Source: an uncultured Desulfobacter sp. (GTDB lineage: Bacteria; Desulfobacterota; Desulfobacteria; Desulfobacterales; Desulfobacteraceae). Taken from it: a stretch of DNA of 64,000 nt. Made by a program: the position numbers and the translations under genes. Positions 15,844-25,597 of this stretch are shown piece by piece. The notes below the pieces were generated by a model. That model saw nothing but the letters and a program-made list of their open reading frames with translations, made no database searches and was not told where the DNA came from. The first letter of the stretch is position 1. Every line of letters begins with the position of its first letter. The stretch covers positions 1,546,120 to 1,610,119 of the forward strand of contig NZ_OY762228.2 in the NCBI RefSeq assembly GCF_963665355.2, in the 5' to 3' direction.

Positions 15844-18537
15844 ATGCCCAAATGGTCTGTTTACATTGCCGCGATATGGCTGCTGGTGTCGGCAGGCGTC
15901 TGTGGTGCTGCAGGCCCGCCGGAGTCAAATCTGCCGGAGCGGAGAAGCCAGCGGATTCTTTACCTGAACTCCTACAACAACGGGTATGCCTGGTCTGACA
16001 ATATCCTTGAGGGCATCCGGTCGGTTCTGCCCGTGGAGAGCCAGAGCCTGAACTTTCAGATGGAGTACCTGGATGCCAAGCGGTACGAAAATGAGCAGAT
16101 GCAAACCATCCTGTTCAACTATTTCAGCGCCAAGTTTGCCCGGGACAAATTTGATCTGATCATCACCTCGGATAACAATGCCCTGGATTTTGCCCTCAGG
16201 TACCGGACACAGCTTTTTGCAGGCGCCCCCATTGTGTTCTGCGGCATCAACAACTACCACCCCTCAATCATAGAAGGCCAGCGTGCCATCACCGGGATTG
16301 CAGAAACCGTGGCCTTTAAGGAAAACATGCGGATCATCCGCCGCCTGCATCCCCAGGCACGAAAAATGATCATCATCGGCAGCAACAGTGTCACGTCCCG
16401 GGCCATTATCAAGGAGATCCGGCAGACCATTGAGCAGGAAAAAATCGATTTTTCATTCACCTTCAAAACCGGCTTTAAGCCGCAGCTGCTCAAAACAGGC
16501 ACACCGGATTATCTGGCCGGCCTGTCCCGGGACACGGTGCTTTACATCGTGCCCGGGGGCTCCGAGGCAGGCAACGGCAACCTTTACAGCATCCAGGAGA
16601 TTGCCGCCATGATCTGCCGGGCCACCGAGCTTCCTGTCTACTCGTCCTGGGAATTTCTCATGGGAACAGGCATTGTGGGCGGGAAACTGGCCTCGGGCCT
16701 GGAACAGGGCAAGGCTGCGGCCCGGCTGGCCCTGCGGATTCTGGATGGCGAGGATCCGGACAAAATTGCGGTGAAAACCGCCGAGGGCCACGCCTATATT
16801 TTTGATCACAACGTCCTTAAGCGTCTGGGGGTGGATATCTCCCTTCTGCCCCAGGGCAGCCGCATCATCAACAAACCCTATAACTTTTACCGTCTTAACC
16901 GCCAGATTTTCTGGCTCATTATTTCAGGGCTCTTTATCCTGGCCTTCATGGTTGTCCTGCTGGGCATCAGCATGGCCCAGAAAAAAAGGGCCAACCAGGC
17001 CATGGAAAAATCCAAGATGCAGCTCCAGCTGGTTCTGGACAATATCCCCCACCTGGTCTTCTGGCAGGATACCCAGCTCAACCTGGTGGATGTGAACCTC
17101 TCCTTTCTTAAATTTTTTAGAATCAAAGACAAAGCCGACATCATCAACCAGGATATTTCATCGGTGCCGGATCTTGCCTACACCGCCGAAGAGTCAAGGC
17201 AGCTGGGCCGGGAGGTCCTTGAAACCGCAGCCCCCTTCCACGCCCGCCTGCTCAAAATCCAGCGCAGCGACAAAGAACAGGTGTGGCTGGAGATCAACAA
17301 GGTGCCGTTGCTGGACAAAAAAAACCGGGTGGCAGGCGTGTTGAGCACAGCCGAAGACATCACAAAAAAAATAAATCTTGAAAAACAGCTGGCCCAGGCC
17401 CAGAAAATGGAAGCATTAGGTATTCTGTCCGGAGGTATTGCCCATGATTTCAACAACATCCTGACTTCCATCATCAACTCCACCGAGCTTGCCATGGATG
17501 ATGTGCCGGACAACTCCCTGACCCGCCAGGATCTTGAAAGGGTCCTCAGTGCCGGCAAAAGGGGGGCAGAACTGGTCAAGCAGATCCTCACCTTCAGCCG
17601 CCCCGGCCATGCCCGGTTCAAAACCCTTGATCTGGCCCGGGTGGTCAGGGATGCCATGGCCCTGGTGGAAACTTCTTTGCCCGGGAATATCGAGGTGGTC
17701 AAAAACTTCGCCCCCGGAAAATTCATCTGCCGGGGTGATGCCATCCAGATCCACCAGGTGGTGATGAACCTGTGCACCAATGCCTACCAGGCCCTAGGGG
17801 GGAAAAGCGGCCGCATTGAGGTCAAGATGGATGAGCGGATTTTGATAGAGCCCGACCCCGGGGGGGATGCCCCCTTTAACCTGCCGCCGGGCCACTACGT
17901 TGAATTGACCGTCTCGGACAACGGACCGGGCATTGATCCTGAAATCCTGGACAAGGTGTTTGACCCCTTTTTCTCCACCAAGGGCAAAAATATCGGCACG
18001 GGCCTGGGTCTGTCCATGGTTCACGGTATTGTCCAGGGCCATAACGGGGCCATCTCCCTGACCAGCAAAGCCTATGATCTCACGCGGTTCACGGTGCTTT
18101 TCCCCCGCACGGTCCAGGTGGAAGATGAGGAACAGCCCGCAGAAACCAACGTCTGCCTGGGCCAGGGCACCATTCTTTTTGTGGAGGATGACCCGGAACA
18201 GCGGCAAAGTGTGCCAAGGATCATTGAAAAGCTGGGTTACCTGGTCACGGCCGCAGACAGCGCCGCCCAGGCCCTTGCCCTGATCAGACAAGAGCCCTCG
18301 GGCTTTGATCTGGTCATCACGGATTATGACATGCCAAAGGTTTCGGGCCTGGAACTTGCCCGGCAACTTGCCCGGATCATGCCTGATCTTCCCGTGATCA
18401 TGGTATCAGGCAGAAACGTGGAGTTCAGCAGGCTTGAGTCGGCCAACATCAAGGCCTTCATTGTAAAACCCTATGACAGAGGAATCTTGTCCCAGGGCAT
18501 CAGCGAGGTGCTCTGTTCACCCACAAGATCCCATTGA
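15844..18537 (+). CDS. Hybrid sensor histidine kinase with periplasmic solute-binding-like domain, PAS, HisKA, HATPase and REC
   Basis: Signal/TM at MPKWSVYIAAIWLLV (ATG 15844), a periplasmic domain, a second TM, PAS, H-box GGIAHDFNNIL, then DNGPGI and GTGLGLS, and a receiver domain (DYDMPKVSG). The ORF track starts at GTG 15664. Confidence 0.85.
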   Translation: MPKWSVYIAAIWLLVSAGVCGAAGPPESNLPERRSQRILYLNSYNNGYAWSDNILEGIRSVLPVESQSLNFQMEYLDAKRYENEQMQTILFNYFSAKFARDKFDLIITSDNNALDFALRYRTQLFAGAPIVFCGINNYHPSIIEGQRAITGIAETVAFKENMRIIRRLHPQARKMIIIGSNSVTSRAIIKEIRQTIEQEKIDFSFTFKTGFKPQLLKTGTPDYLAGLSRDTVLYIVPGGSEAGNGNLYSIQEIAAMICRATELPVYSSWEFLMGTGIVGGKLASGLEQGKAAARLALRILDGEDPDKIAVKTAEGHAYIFDHNVLKRLGVDISLLPQGSRIINKPYNFYRLNRQIFWLIISGLFILAFMVVLLGISMAQKKRANQAMEKSKMQLQLVLDNIPHLVFWQDTQLNLVDVNLSFLKFFRIKDKADIINQDISSVPDLAYTAEESRQLGREVLETAAPFHARLLKIQRSDKEQVWLEINKVPLLDKKNRVAGVLSTAEDITKKINLEKQLAQAQKMEALGILSGGIAHDFNNILTSIINSTELAMDDVPDNSLTRQDLERVLSAGKRGAELVKQILTFSRPGHARFKTLDLARVVRDAMALVETSLPGNIEVVKNFAPGKFICRGDAIQIHQVVMNLCTNAYQALGGKSGRIEVKMDERILIEPDPGGDAPFNLPPGHYVELTVSDNGPGIDPEILDKVFDPFFSTKGKNIGTGLGLSMVHGIVQGHNGAISLTSKAYDLTRFTVLFPRTVQVEDEEQPAETNVCLGQGTILFVEDDPEQRQSVPRIIEKLGYLVTAADSAAQALALIRQEPSGFDLVITDYDMPKVSGLELARQLARIMPDLPVIMVSGRNVEFSRLESANIKAFIVKPYDRGILSQGISEVLCSPTRSH

Positions 18538-18544
18538 GGCAGTT

Positions 18545-19951
18545 ATGGCATTGATTTTGATCATAGATGATGACGATAATTTCTGCGGCACCATGAAAAG
18601 CCTTGTGTGTCGCATGGAACATGATTTCCTGGCCGCAGGCACCCTGGAACAGGGTTTGCGGCTGCTTGGGGAACATGATGTGGATATTCTGCTGCTGGAT
18701 GTGGGCCTTCCCGACGGCAACGGGCTCGGGGCCCTGCCCCGGATCAAGGAAATCTCAAAATCCAGCCCTGAAATATTTATCATCACAGGCCTGGGGGATC
18801 CGGCCGGTGCGGAAACCGCCATCAGCGAAGGGGTCTGGGACTACATTGTCAAGCCCACCTCCATCCAGGAGACCCGGGCCAGCCTTACCCGGGCCTTGAA
18901 ATATCGAAAGGAAAAACAGGATCAACAGAAGGCGATGACACTGGATTTAAAGCGAATTTTGGGCAGGTCCGTCCCCATGCAGAAATGTTTTGACATCATG
19001 GCCCAAAGTGCTGCGTCCAGTGCCCCTGTGCTCATCACAGGGGAGACCGGCACAGGCAAGGAGCTCTTTGCCCAGACCATCCATGCCAACAGCCGGCGAC
19101 ACGACAAGGGCTTTATTGTGGTGGACTGTGCTTTTTTAACGGAAACCCTGATGGAAAGCACCCTGTTCGGCCACCGGAAAGGGGCATTTACCGGGGCCAT
19201 GGAGGCCAGGGACGGCCTGGTGAAGCTGGCGGACCAGGGCACCCTGTTCCTGGACGAGGTGGGTGAAATGCCGCTGTCAGCCCAGAAATCTTTTCTGCGC
19301 ATCCTCCAGGAGAAGCGGTTCCGGCCCCTGGGCGACCCCAATGAGATCACCAGTGACTTTCGTCTCATGGCCGCCACCAACAGGGATCTTGACGCCATGG
19401 TGGAAAACGGCACCTTTCGCCGGGATCTGCTCTACCGGCTGCGCACCATCCATCTGCCCCTGCCGCCCCTGCGCCGCCGGGGCCGGGACATTGAAGAACT
19501 GACCCGCTTTAAAATCAGTGCCCTGTGCCGGGAGAACAACCTGCCGTCCAAAAAGATCGAACAGGGTTTTTTTGACACCCTGAACGCCTATCCATGGCCC
19601 GGCAACGTCAGGGAACTTTTCAATGTCCTTGAAACAGCCTTTGTGGCCTCGGGCAGCGAAGCCACCCTTTATGCCATGCACCTGCCCGGAGAGGTCCGCA
19701 TCCAGGTGACCCGGGCCTCCATTGAAAAAGGTCAGCTGCTCCAAAAGCCTGAAACCGATCCGGCAGAATTGTCCATCTCCCTGGAGGGCCAGATCATGGA
19801 ATTTAAAACATGGAAACAGAAAATGGAACGGCACTATCTGGAACAGATCATTGCCGCCACCAACGCAGATGTGAAACGCATTCTTTCTTTATCGGGCCTG
19901 TCCAAATCCCATTTTTATTCCCTGGTGAAAAAGTATGGTATTCAAATATGA
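18545..19951 (+). CDS. Sigma-54-dependent response regulator (NtrC family)
   Basis: REC domain (MALILIIDDDDNF…LLDVGLPDGNG), AAA+ domain (GETGTGKE, GAFTGA in ESTLFGHRKGAFTGA) and a C-terminal HTH. Start taken at ATG 18545. Confidence 0.9.
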   Translation: MALILIIDDDDNFCGTMKSLVCRMEHDFLAAGTLEQGLRLLGEHDVDILLLDVGLPDGNGLGALPRIKEISKSSPEIFIITGLGDPAGAETAISEGVWDYIVKPTSIQETRASLTRALKYRKEKQDQQKAMTLDLKRILGRSVPMQKCFDIMAQSAASSAPVLITGETGTGKELFAQTIHANSRRHDKGFIVVDCAFLTETLMESTLFGHRKGAFTGAMEARDGLVKLADQGTLFLDEVGEMPLSAQKSFLRILQEKRFRPLGDPNEITSDFRLMAATNRDLDAMVENGTFRRDLLYRLRTIHLPLPPLRRRGRDIEELTRFKISALCRENNLPSKKIEQGFFDTLNAYPWPGNVRELFNVLETAFVASGSEATLYAMHLPGEVRIQVTRASIEKGQLLQKPETDPAELSISLEGQIMEFKTWKQKMERHYLEQIIAATNADVKRILSLSGLSKSHFYSLVKKYGIQI

Positions 19952-20022
19952 AGCGATATGGTCAGGGGAATTTATGTCTGACTTCAATTCAACCCAATTT
20001 TCACAACAGGGTGTAAAATAGG

Positions 20023-20050
20023 TTGACATCCCTATCTCCAAAAATATAAA
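20023..20050 (+). promoter_or_regulatory. Sigma-70-like promoter with no ORF immediately downstream
   Basis: TTGACA-N16-TATAAA. Confidence 0.5.
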
Positions 20051-20282
20051 AGACCTCCATTCATTATTTCGCATTTTGGGAAATATGGATAAAAACGCAG
20101 CGCTTTGGGTATCTTATATGTTACTGATCTGAAAAAAAATAAAGACTGAAGTCTTTCCCCGATGTTTGAGTAACATAAAAAAAGCCTGTTGATTTATGCA
20201 TATACTGCCGTTTGAAGCGGCGGAACAGTGAACTTTTAATACCAGAGTTCTCTGAAAAAGATAGATAATAAAAATAACGAAT

Positions 20283-20342
20283 AAAGCCATGAAGGTTTAG
20301 GTGCAGGACTGCTGCCTTAAGTTTTTATGGCTTTTTTTTATT
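20283..20342 (+). terminator. Imperfect long hairpin followed by a T8 run
   Basis: Outer stem AAAGCCAT…ATGGCTTT, followed by TTTTTATTTTTAT. Lies about 110 nt upstream of the next ORF start. Confidence 0.5.
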
Positions 20343-20452
20343 TTTATACAAAGTCAAAAAAATCAGTTCAGACAAGGCGCCAAGGCACAAAAACAATCTA
20401 ACGAAATTTAACACGGGTGATATGGGCAATGGATACAAAGACAAAGACCAAA

Positions 20453-20959
20453 ATGAAACCGGTTAAAATGTTCATGGCGGGCCTGCTTGCCGCTCTACTG
20501 AACAGTTCCCCGGGGTGGTGCCACGGTGTTATGGGTACCGTAGACGAGATTAAGGCCTATTGCGTCACGGCCATGTATGACGATGGCGAGCCCATGAGCT
20601 ACGCAAAAGTTGAAGTCATGGCGCCTGAAACGGCTCTGCCTTTCCAGAGCGGCCGTACGGATCGCAACGGCAACTTTGTGGTGAACACGGATACTCCCGG
20701 CTCATGGAATGTGGTGGTCAGCGACGGTATGGGACACAGGCTCACATTGAATTTTTCGGTTTTGCCCCAAGAGGCCGCCGCCATACCCCCCGGAAATAAC
20801 ACCCGGGATACGGCAAAAGAGACTGCTTCCGAATTGCCGGGTCAAGACCGTCATTGGAAAGTCATCTCCGGGCTGTCTGTGATTTTCGGACTGTGGGGAC
20901 TTTTCTTTGCCTGGAAAGCCCGACAAAAGCCGATCAGGGGGAACGGGCCGAATGAATAG
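20453..20959 (+). CDS. Periplasmic carboxypeptidase-regulatory-like (transthyretin-like) domain protein with C-terminal TM anchor
   Basis: Signal peptide MKPVKMFMAGLLAALL. A beta-sandwich-like segment (YAKVEVMAP…GRTDRNGNFVVNTDTPGSWNVVVSDGMGH). C-terminal helix ISGLSVIFGLWGLFFAW. Confidence 0.45.
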   Translation: MKPVKMFMAGLLAALLNSSPGWCHGVMGTVDEIKAYCVTAMYDDGEPMSYAKVEVMAPETALPFQSGRTDRNGNFVVNTDTPGSWNVVVSDGMGHRLTLNFSVLPQEAAAIPPGNNTRDTAKETASELPGQDRHWKVISGLSVIFGLWGLFFAWKARQKPIRGNGPNE

Positions 20960-21104
20960 TATCAAATATCGGCATCATAGTCCCCTTTAGATATCTTCAT
21001 GGTCGTGCCATATCCTTTTTACGATCGCCTGTGTGGCGGTTTTAGATCCGGATTTCATGACCGTGCCGAGGGTTTAATACTGAAAAAGGAGAAAAGGAGA
21101 ACGC

Positions 21105-23057
21105 ATGCACAAAACGAAAGTTGGATTGATGATCGCCCTGGTACTGATACTGATACCGGGCGTCCTCTGGGCCGAAGAAAACGGGTCAACCGCCAAAATT
21201 GACGAGATCGTGGTCATTGGCACACGTACCCCCCATGCCGTGAAGGATTCCCCCGTAGAAACCGTTTTGATCACCAGCCAGGACATTGAACAAAGCAATG
21301 CCCAGACCGTAAGTGATCTTGTCAAAACGATCCCCGGCTTTTCCGTGGGCGGAAACGACGATGTTTTTGGGGGATCCTCCTCCCGGGCCAGGTTGCGGGG
21401 GTTAAGCTTCAACGACGGATACGGCCTGATCCTCATCGACGGCCAGAGAATGCACGCCAGCAGCCAGAGCGGTGCCCATGGGGAGTATGCCGTGGGTTTA
21501 AACCAGATTCCCATCTCCATGATAGAGCGCATTGAGATTGTCAAGGGGCCATCGTCTGTTCTCTACGGAAGCGATGCCATGGCCGGTGTCATCAACATTA
21601 TCACCAAAAAGGTTCCCCAGGAGGCCATTGCCGGGGCTGGTGTGAAGTACGGCTGGTATGAGGTCTCCAAGGGCAAAGATTACTATACTGATGCCGTAAC
21701 CACACCCACGGATTATGGAAAAAAGCGCTACACACGAACGGCCTACGCGTATACCGGAAATAAAATCACCGAGGATACGGGATTTTTGCTCAACTATTCC
21801 CATGAGGATTCAGACGGGACCAGCCTGAGCCCCTATGAAATTGATAGGGACGCTGTTATGGGAAAATTTGATGTGAATTTCACAGATACGGCAAAAGTCT
21901 GGATGAAGGGAGAGCTCAGCAACTACACCAGTGAAAGCACGAGTACAACAGAAGAGGACAGTCACCGCATTTCCGCAGGGTTTGATTATACCCTTTCCCA
22001 GAACCACCACTTCATGCTGACGGGCTACCACTACGTGGATGACTTCAGTACCTCCAGCCGGTCCGGAGATATCGGCTATGACCAGGGCGAACTTCAATAT
22101 ACCTGGTATGCGCCGGCCAACAACATTGTCACCTGCGGCATGGAATTTCAGCGCCAGAGCATTGACTATGTCATGGACAACAGCAGCGCCATCACGCCTG
22201 TGACCACTGTAATAGAAGACGTTGATACCTTCAGTATATTCCTGCAGGATGAGTTGACCCTGTTTGAAAAGCTTACGCTGGTCGGCGGCATCCGGTACGA
22301 CGACCACTCCACCTTTGGGGATTCCTTTAATCCCAAACTCAGTGCCATGTACCGTGTTCTGGAGAATACCACCTTGAGGGCCTCGGTGGGCAAATCTTTC
22401 AAATCCCCCACCATCCGGCAATTGTATTACGATGTGCCCTTTTACCACTCTCCGTTCTGGATCTCCTCCAATCCGGATCTGGAGCCCGAGGAGTCCATCG
22501 GGTATTCATTCAGTATCGAACAGGGGATGCTGGACAACAGGCTGATTGCCGGCCTGGCATTCTTCAGAAACGATGTGGACAACATGGTGGTCACAGACCG
22601 GACCGGCCAGACCTATGAGGGCGCAGACCTATATATCTATAAGAATGTAGACGAGGCCATGGTCCAGGGCATAGAGGCAACGGCACAACTTTATCTCAAT
22701 GACGATTTTTCAGTGCTGTTTGGCTACACCTATACCGATTCCGAAGACAAGTCCACAGGAAACGAACTGACCTATACCCCGGAACACTCATTCTCCATCT
22801 CCCCGGCCTATGAATACGTCCCCTGGGGATTAGGAATCAGCGGCACGCTCCAGTACAATTCTGATCAGTACATAGATGAGGATAATACACGTATTCAGGA
22901 TGCCCATGTGGTGGTTGACGGAAAAGTGTTCAAACGGGTAGGCAAGGTGTCCAAACTCACCGTGGAGGTGGATAATATTTTTGATTCGGACAAGGGCAAC
23001 GACCGTTACCAGCGCACGGGCAGAACCATCACGCTGTGCCTGGACGTGTTGTTTTAA
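21105..23057 (+). CDS. TonB-dependent outer-membrane receptor
   Basis: Signal peptide, TonB box/plug (DEIVVIGTRT…, IEIVKGPSSVLYGSDAMAGVINIITK), a long beta-barrel and a C-terminal aromatic residue (…LCLDVLF). Confidence 0.9.
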   Translation: MHKTKVGLMIALVLILIPGVLWAEENGSTAKIDEIVVIGTRTPHAVKDSPVETVLITSQDIEQSNAQTVSDLVKTIPGFSVGGNDDVFGGSSSRARLRGLSFNDGYGLILIDGQRMHASSQSGAHGEYAVGLNQIPISMIERIEIVKGPSSVLYGSDAMAGVINIITKKVPQEAIAGAGVKYGWYEVSKGKDYYTDAVTTPTDYGKKRYTRTAYAYTGNKITEDTGFLLNYSHEDSDGTSLSPYEIDRDAVMGKFDVNFTDTAKVWMKGELSNYTSESTSTTEEDSHRISAGFDYTLSQNHHFMLTGYHYVDDFSTSSRSGDIGYDQGELQYTWYAPANNIVTCGMEFQRQSIDYVMDNSSAITPVTTVIEDVDTFSIFLQDELTLFEKLTLVGGIRYDDHSTFGDSFNPKLSAMYRVLENTTLRASVGKSFKSPTIRQLYYDVPFYHSPFWISSNPDLEPEESIGYSFSIEQGMLDNRLIAGLAFFRNDVDNMVVTDRTGQTYEGADLYIYKNVDEAMVQGIEATAQLYLNDDFSVLFGYTYTDSEDKSTGNELTYTPEHSFSISPAYEYVPWGLGISGTLQYNSDQYIDEDNTRIQDAHVVVDGKVFKRVGKVSKLTVEVDNIFDSDKGNDRYQRTGRTITLCLDVLF

Positions 23058-23091
23058 CAGGTCACATGAATTTTTACCAAGGAGAAAACAA

Positions 23092-23880
23092 ATGAAAAAA
23101 AATCTTAAATGCCGTATCTGGATGGTGGCCCTTGCAGCCCTGGCCATCTCATTTTTTACCTGTGCACCGGCTCAGGCTCATTTCCCCTGGCTACTTCTGG
23201 AGGACGGGGCTATATCCGCGAACAGGCCCCTGAAATGGGTCATTGGCTTTGGGCACCGGTTCCCTTTGTCCGGTTTCATGGATGGCCAAGACCTGGAAGA
23301 GACGGTTATTTTAGGACCGGGCGCAACAGACAGGATCGCTGTTACGGAACTTTCCGGACTCCAGTTCTCCTCCCCAAGCCCGTTGAAAGCCCAAGGCAGT
23401 TATGTTCTGGCAGCCAAACGCCAGGCCTCTTTTTTTACCAAAACCACCGAGGGGTATAAACGCCAGCCCAAAAAAGGATTGAAGAATGTGCTCCATTCTG
23501 GCTATTACCACTCTTACATGAAGGCCGTTGCCAATGTGGGCCAGACCCCGGGAAAAGTGGACACTGTGGTGGGTCATGACCTGGAAATCGTACCCCTGGC
23601 CGATCCCTTCACCCTTCGCCCCGGCGATGATCTGCCCATCAAGGTGATATTCAGGGGTAAGCCTTTTAAAACCGACTTTCTGGCAACCTACGGCGGATTC
23701 TCAACACAGGACAATGTCTATGGCTATGCCGCCGGCACAGATAAAGACGGCATGGGAAAAATCCGCATCCTGTCTTCCGGGACCTGGCTCATCAAAGTAA
23801 CCTACAAAGAGCCGTATAAAGATCCTGACATGTGTGATGAGGAAAGCTTTCTTGCCACCTGCACCTTTGAAATTCAATAA
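23092..23880 (+). CDS. DUF4198 domain periplasmic protein (Ni/Co-uptake-associated family)
   Basis: GGAG lies 7 nt before ATG 23092. The signal peptide ends AQAHFPWLL, the characteristic mature N-terminus of this family. Adjacent to the TonB receptor. Confidence 0.7.
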   Translation: MKKNLKCRIWMVALAALAISFFTCAPAQAHFPWLLLEDGAISANRPLKWVIGFGHRFPLSGFMDGQDLEETVILGPGATDRIAVTELSGLQFSSPSPLKAQGSYVLAAKRQASFFTKTTEGYKRQPKKGLKNVLHSGYYHSYMKAVANVGQTPGKVDTVVGHDLEIVPLADPFTLRPGDDLPIKVIFRGKPFKTDFLATYGGFSTQDNVYGYAAGTDKDGMGKIRILSSGTWLIKVTYKEPYKDPDMCDEESFLATCTFEIQ

Positions 23881-25585
23881 AAGCCTGGTAAAGCCGGCAC
23901 GGTATCTGGCCGTGCCGGCTGTTTTTCTGCTGCTGTCACTTCTGTCCACCTGGCCCCTGGCCACGGCACCCGGCAGCAGTCTGCCCATGGGAACCGAAAC
24001 CAGTCCAACGGTTCCTCTGCTCAATGTCTGGAGTGTCTGGTGGAATGCCCATAGTGCGGCCCAAGGCTATTCCGGATATTGGGGCGCACCGATCTTTTAT
24101 CCCCGGCCAGGGGCCTTTGCCTTTTCCGAGGTCATGCCGTTAAGCGTTGTTGCCGCTCCGGTCATATGGGCCACGGGGAACCATATCCTGGCCTATAATT
24201 TTTTGCTGGTTCTCTGTCTTTGTCTGAACGGGTGTTCTGTTTTTTTGCTATTACGGCGTTTAAAATTTTATCTGTCCGTCCAGTGGCTGGGCGGGGCCAT
24301 GGCAACCCTGCTGCCCCTGGTCCACTCCTGGATCGGGGTGATTCAATTGGTGCCGGTTTTCGGTATTGTGTGGACCGTTATTGCAGCCCTTGGGTTCGTC
24401 AGAAGTCCCACGGCAATCCCGGGGATTTTTCTGGGAATCGCTTTTGGCGCCACCTATCTTTTGTGCGCCTATTACGGCCTGTTTCTTTTGATCCCCCTGG
24501 TCTTTGCCCTGGCCTGGATGATGGGAAACCTGGTTTTACGGTGGCGTACCTGGCGCTCTTTGGGGCTGGGCCTGATGGCAGCCGGAATCATCTGCCTGCC
24601 GTTCGCCCTGCGCCAGGCACACACCCAGCGCCTTCATGCCCCTTTGCCTAAGAAATATCTGGCCGGATTTTCCGCCATGGCCGGGGATTATCTGGTGCCG
24701 CCCTGGCCCCACTGGTCTAAAGTCAGGCAGGCAAGGGACCAGATGGATGTCAATTTTGACGGATTCAGGCTCTGTCCGGGATTTCTGAAACTTGCATTGG
24801 CGATCGCGGGCATCGGTCTGGGCCTGGCAGATCGAAAAAACAGAACCTGGACACTTTTCTGCCTGACCCTGATGATTACGGCCTTTGCCCTTTCACTGGG
24901 GCCGTGGTTGAGGCTACGGGGATGGCAGCCCTATATGCTGCTGGTGAATTATGTCCCCGGATTTGGCCAGGCCCGTAATGTTTTCCGGTTCGCCATCCTG
25001 GTCCATCTGATGGTGGTTCTGCTGGCCATGACAGGAATACAGGAGCTCTTTGCCGCTGTCCGGGGGCACATCCGTCACACCTGGACCCGCATGTTGATTT
25101 CAGGTGTTATCGTCTGCCTGGGTATTGCTGCCGTGGTGGAAATTGTGCCGCCCGCCCAAAGCCTGTATCGCCCGGCAGCGGCTTCCCGGAATCCGGCCTG
25201 GGTAACCTATATGGCCACACAAACACCCCAAGACAGCGTCATCGCCTGCATACCCTTTCCCTTCAGGCCCGATGCGGCAGGATACGAGCAGGAGACCCTG
25301 TGGATGTACTGGCAGACCTTCCATCGCCGTCGGATGGTCAACGGATATTCGGGCTATTTCCCTCCGGAATACCTGGCGCTGAAAATGGAGATGACAGCGT
25401 TCCCCTCTCCGGAAACCCTGTCCGGTTTGCGTCATCTTGGGGTGGCATATTGTGTCGTAAAACAGGACAGCATATTTGCGCAAACCACCCGAACCAAAGC
25501 AGCCGGGGGATTGGGGCTTGAAAGGGTGTTCACCGATGATACCAGCCAGGTGGATATCTACCGCCTGGTGGGAAATCGTTTTTAA
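23834..25585 (+). CDS. Polytopic membrane protein, possible GT-C-fold glycosyltransferase
   Basis: 583 aa with 10 or more hydrophobic helices and a soluble C-terminal domain. Immediately precedes a GT2-GtrA gene. The function call rests on context only. Confidence 0.45.
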   Translation: MMRKAFLPPAPLKFNKSLVKPARYLAVPAVFLLLSLLSTWPLATAPGSSLPMGTETSPTVPLLNVWSVWWNAHSAAQGYSGYWGAPIFYPRPGAFAFSEVMPLSVVAAPVIWATGNHILAYNFLLVLCLCLNGCSVFLLLRRLKFYLSVQWLGGAMATLLPLVHSWIGVIQLVPVFGIVWTVIAALGFVRSPTAIPGIFLGIAFGATYLLCAYYGLFLLIPLVFALAWMMGNLVLRWRTWRSLGLGLMAAGIICLPFALRQAHTQRLHAPLPKKYLAGFSAMAGDYLVPPWPHWSKVRQARDQMDVNFDGFRLCPGFLKLALAIAGIGLGLADRKNRTWTLFCLTLMITAFALSLGPWLRLRGWQPYMLLVNYVPGFGQARNVFRFAILVHLMVVLLAMTGIQELFAAVRGHIRHTWTRMLISGVIVCLGIAAVVEIVPPAQSLYRPAAASRNPAWVTYMATQTPQDSVIACIPFPFRPDAAGYEQETLWMYWQTFHRRRMVNGYSGYFPPEYLALKMEMTAFPSPETLSGLRHLGVAYCVVKQDSIFAQTTRTKAAGGLGLERVFTDDTSQVDIYRLVGNRF

Positions 25586-25597
25586 AAGCATGGACCC

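Noticed and set aside
20057-20452. Cobalamin or NiCo riboswitch upstream of the TonB-receptor cluster
   Set aside because: The leader is AT-rich. It lacks a B12-box-like GCCACTG / AGYCMGGAGACCKGCC element and the paired GC-rich helices of the NiCo (czcD) motif. It is kept only as an unclassified leader/sRNA candidate.
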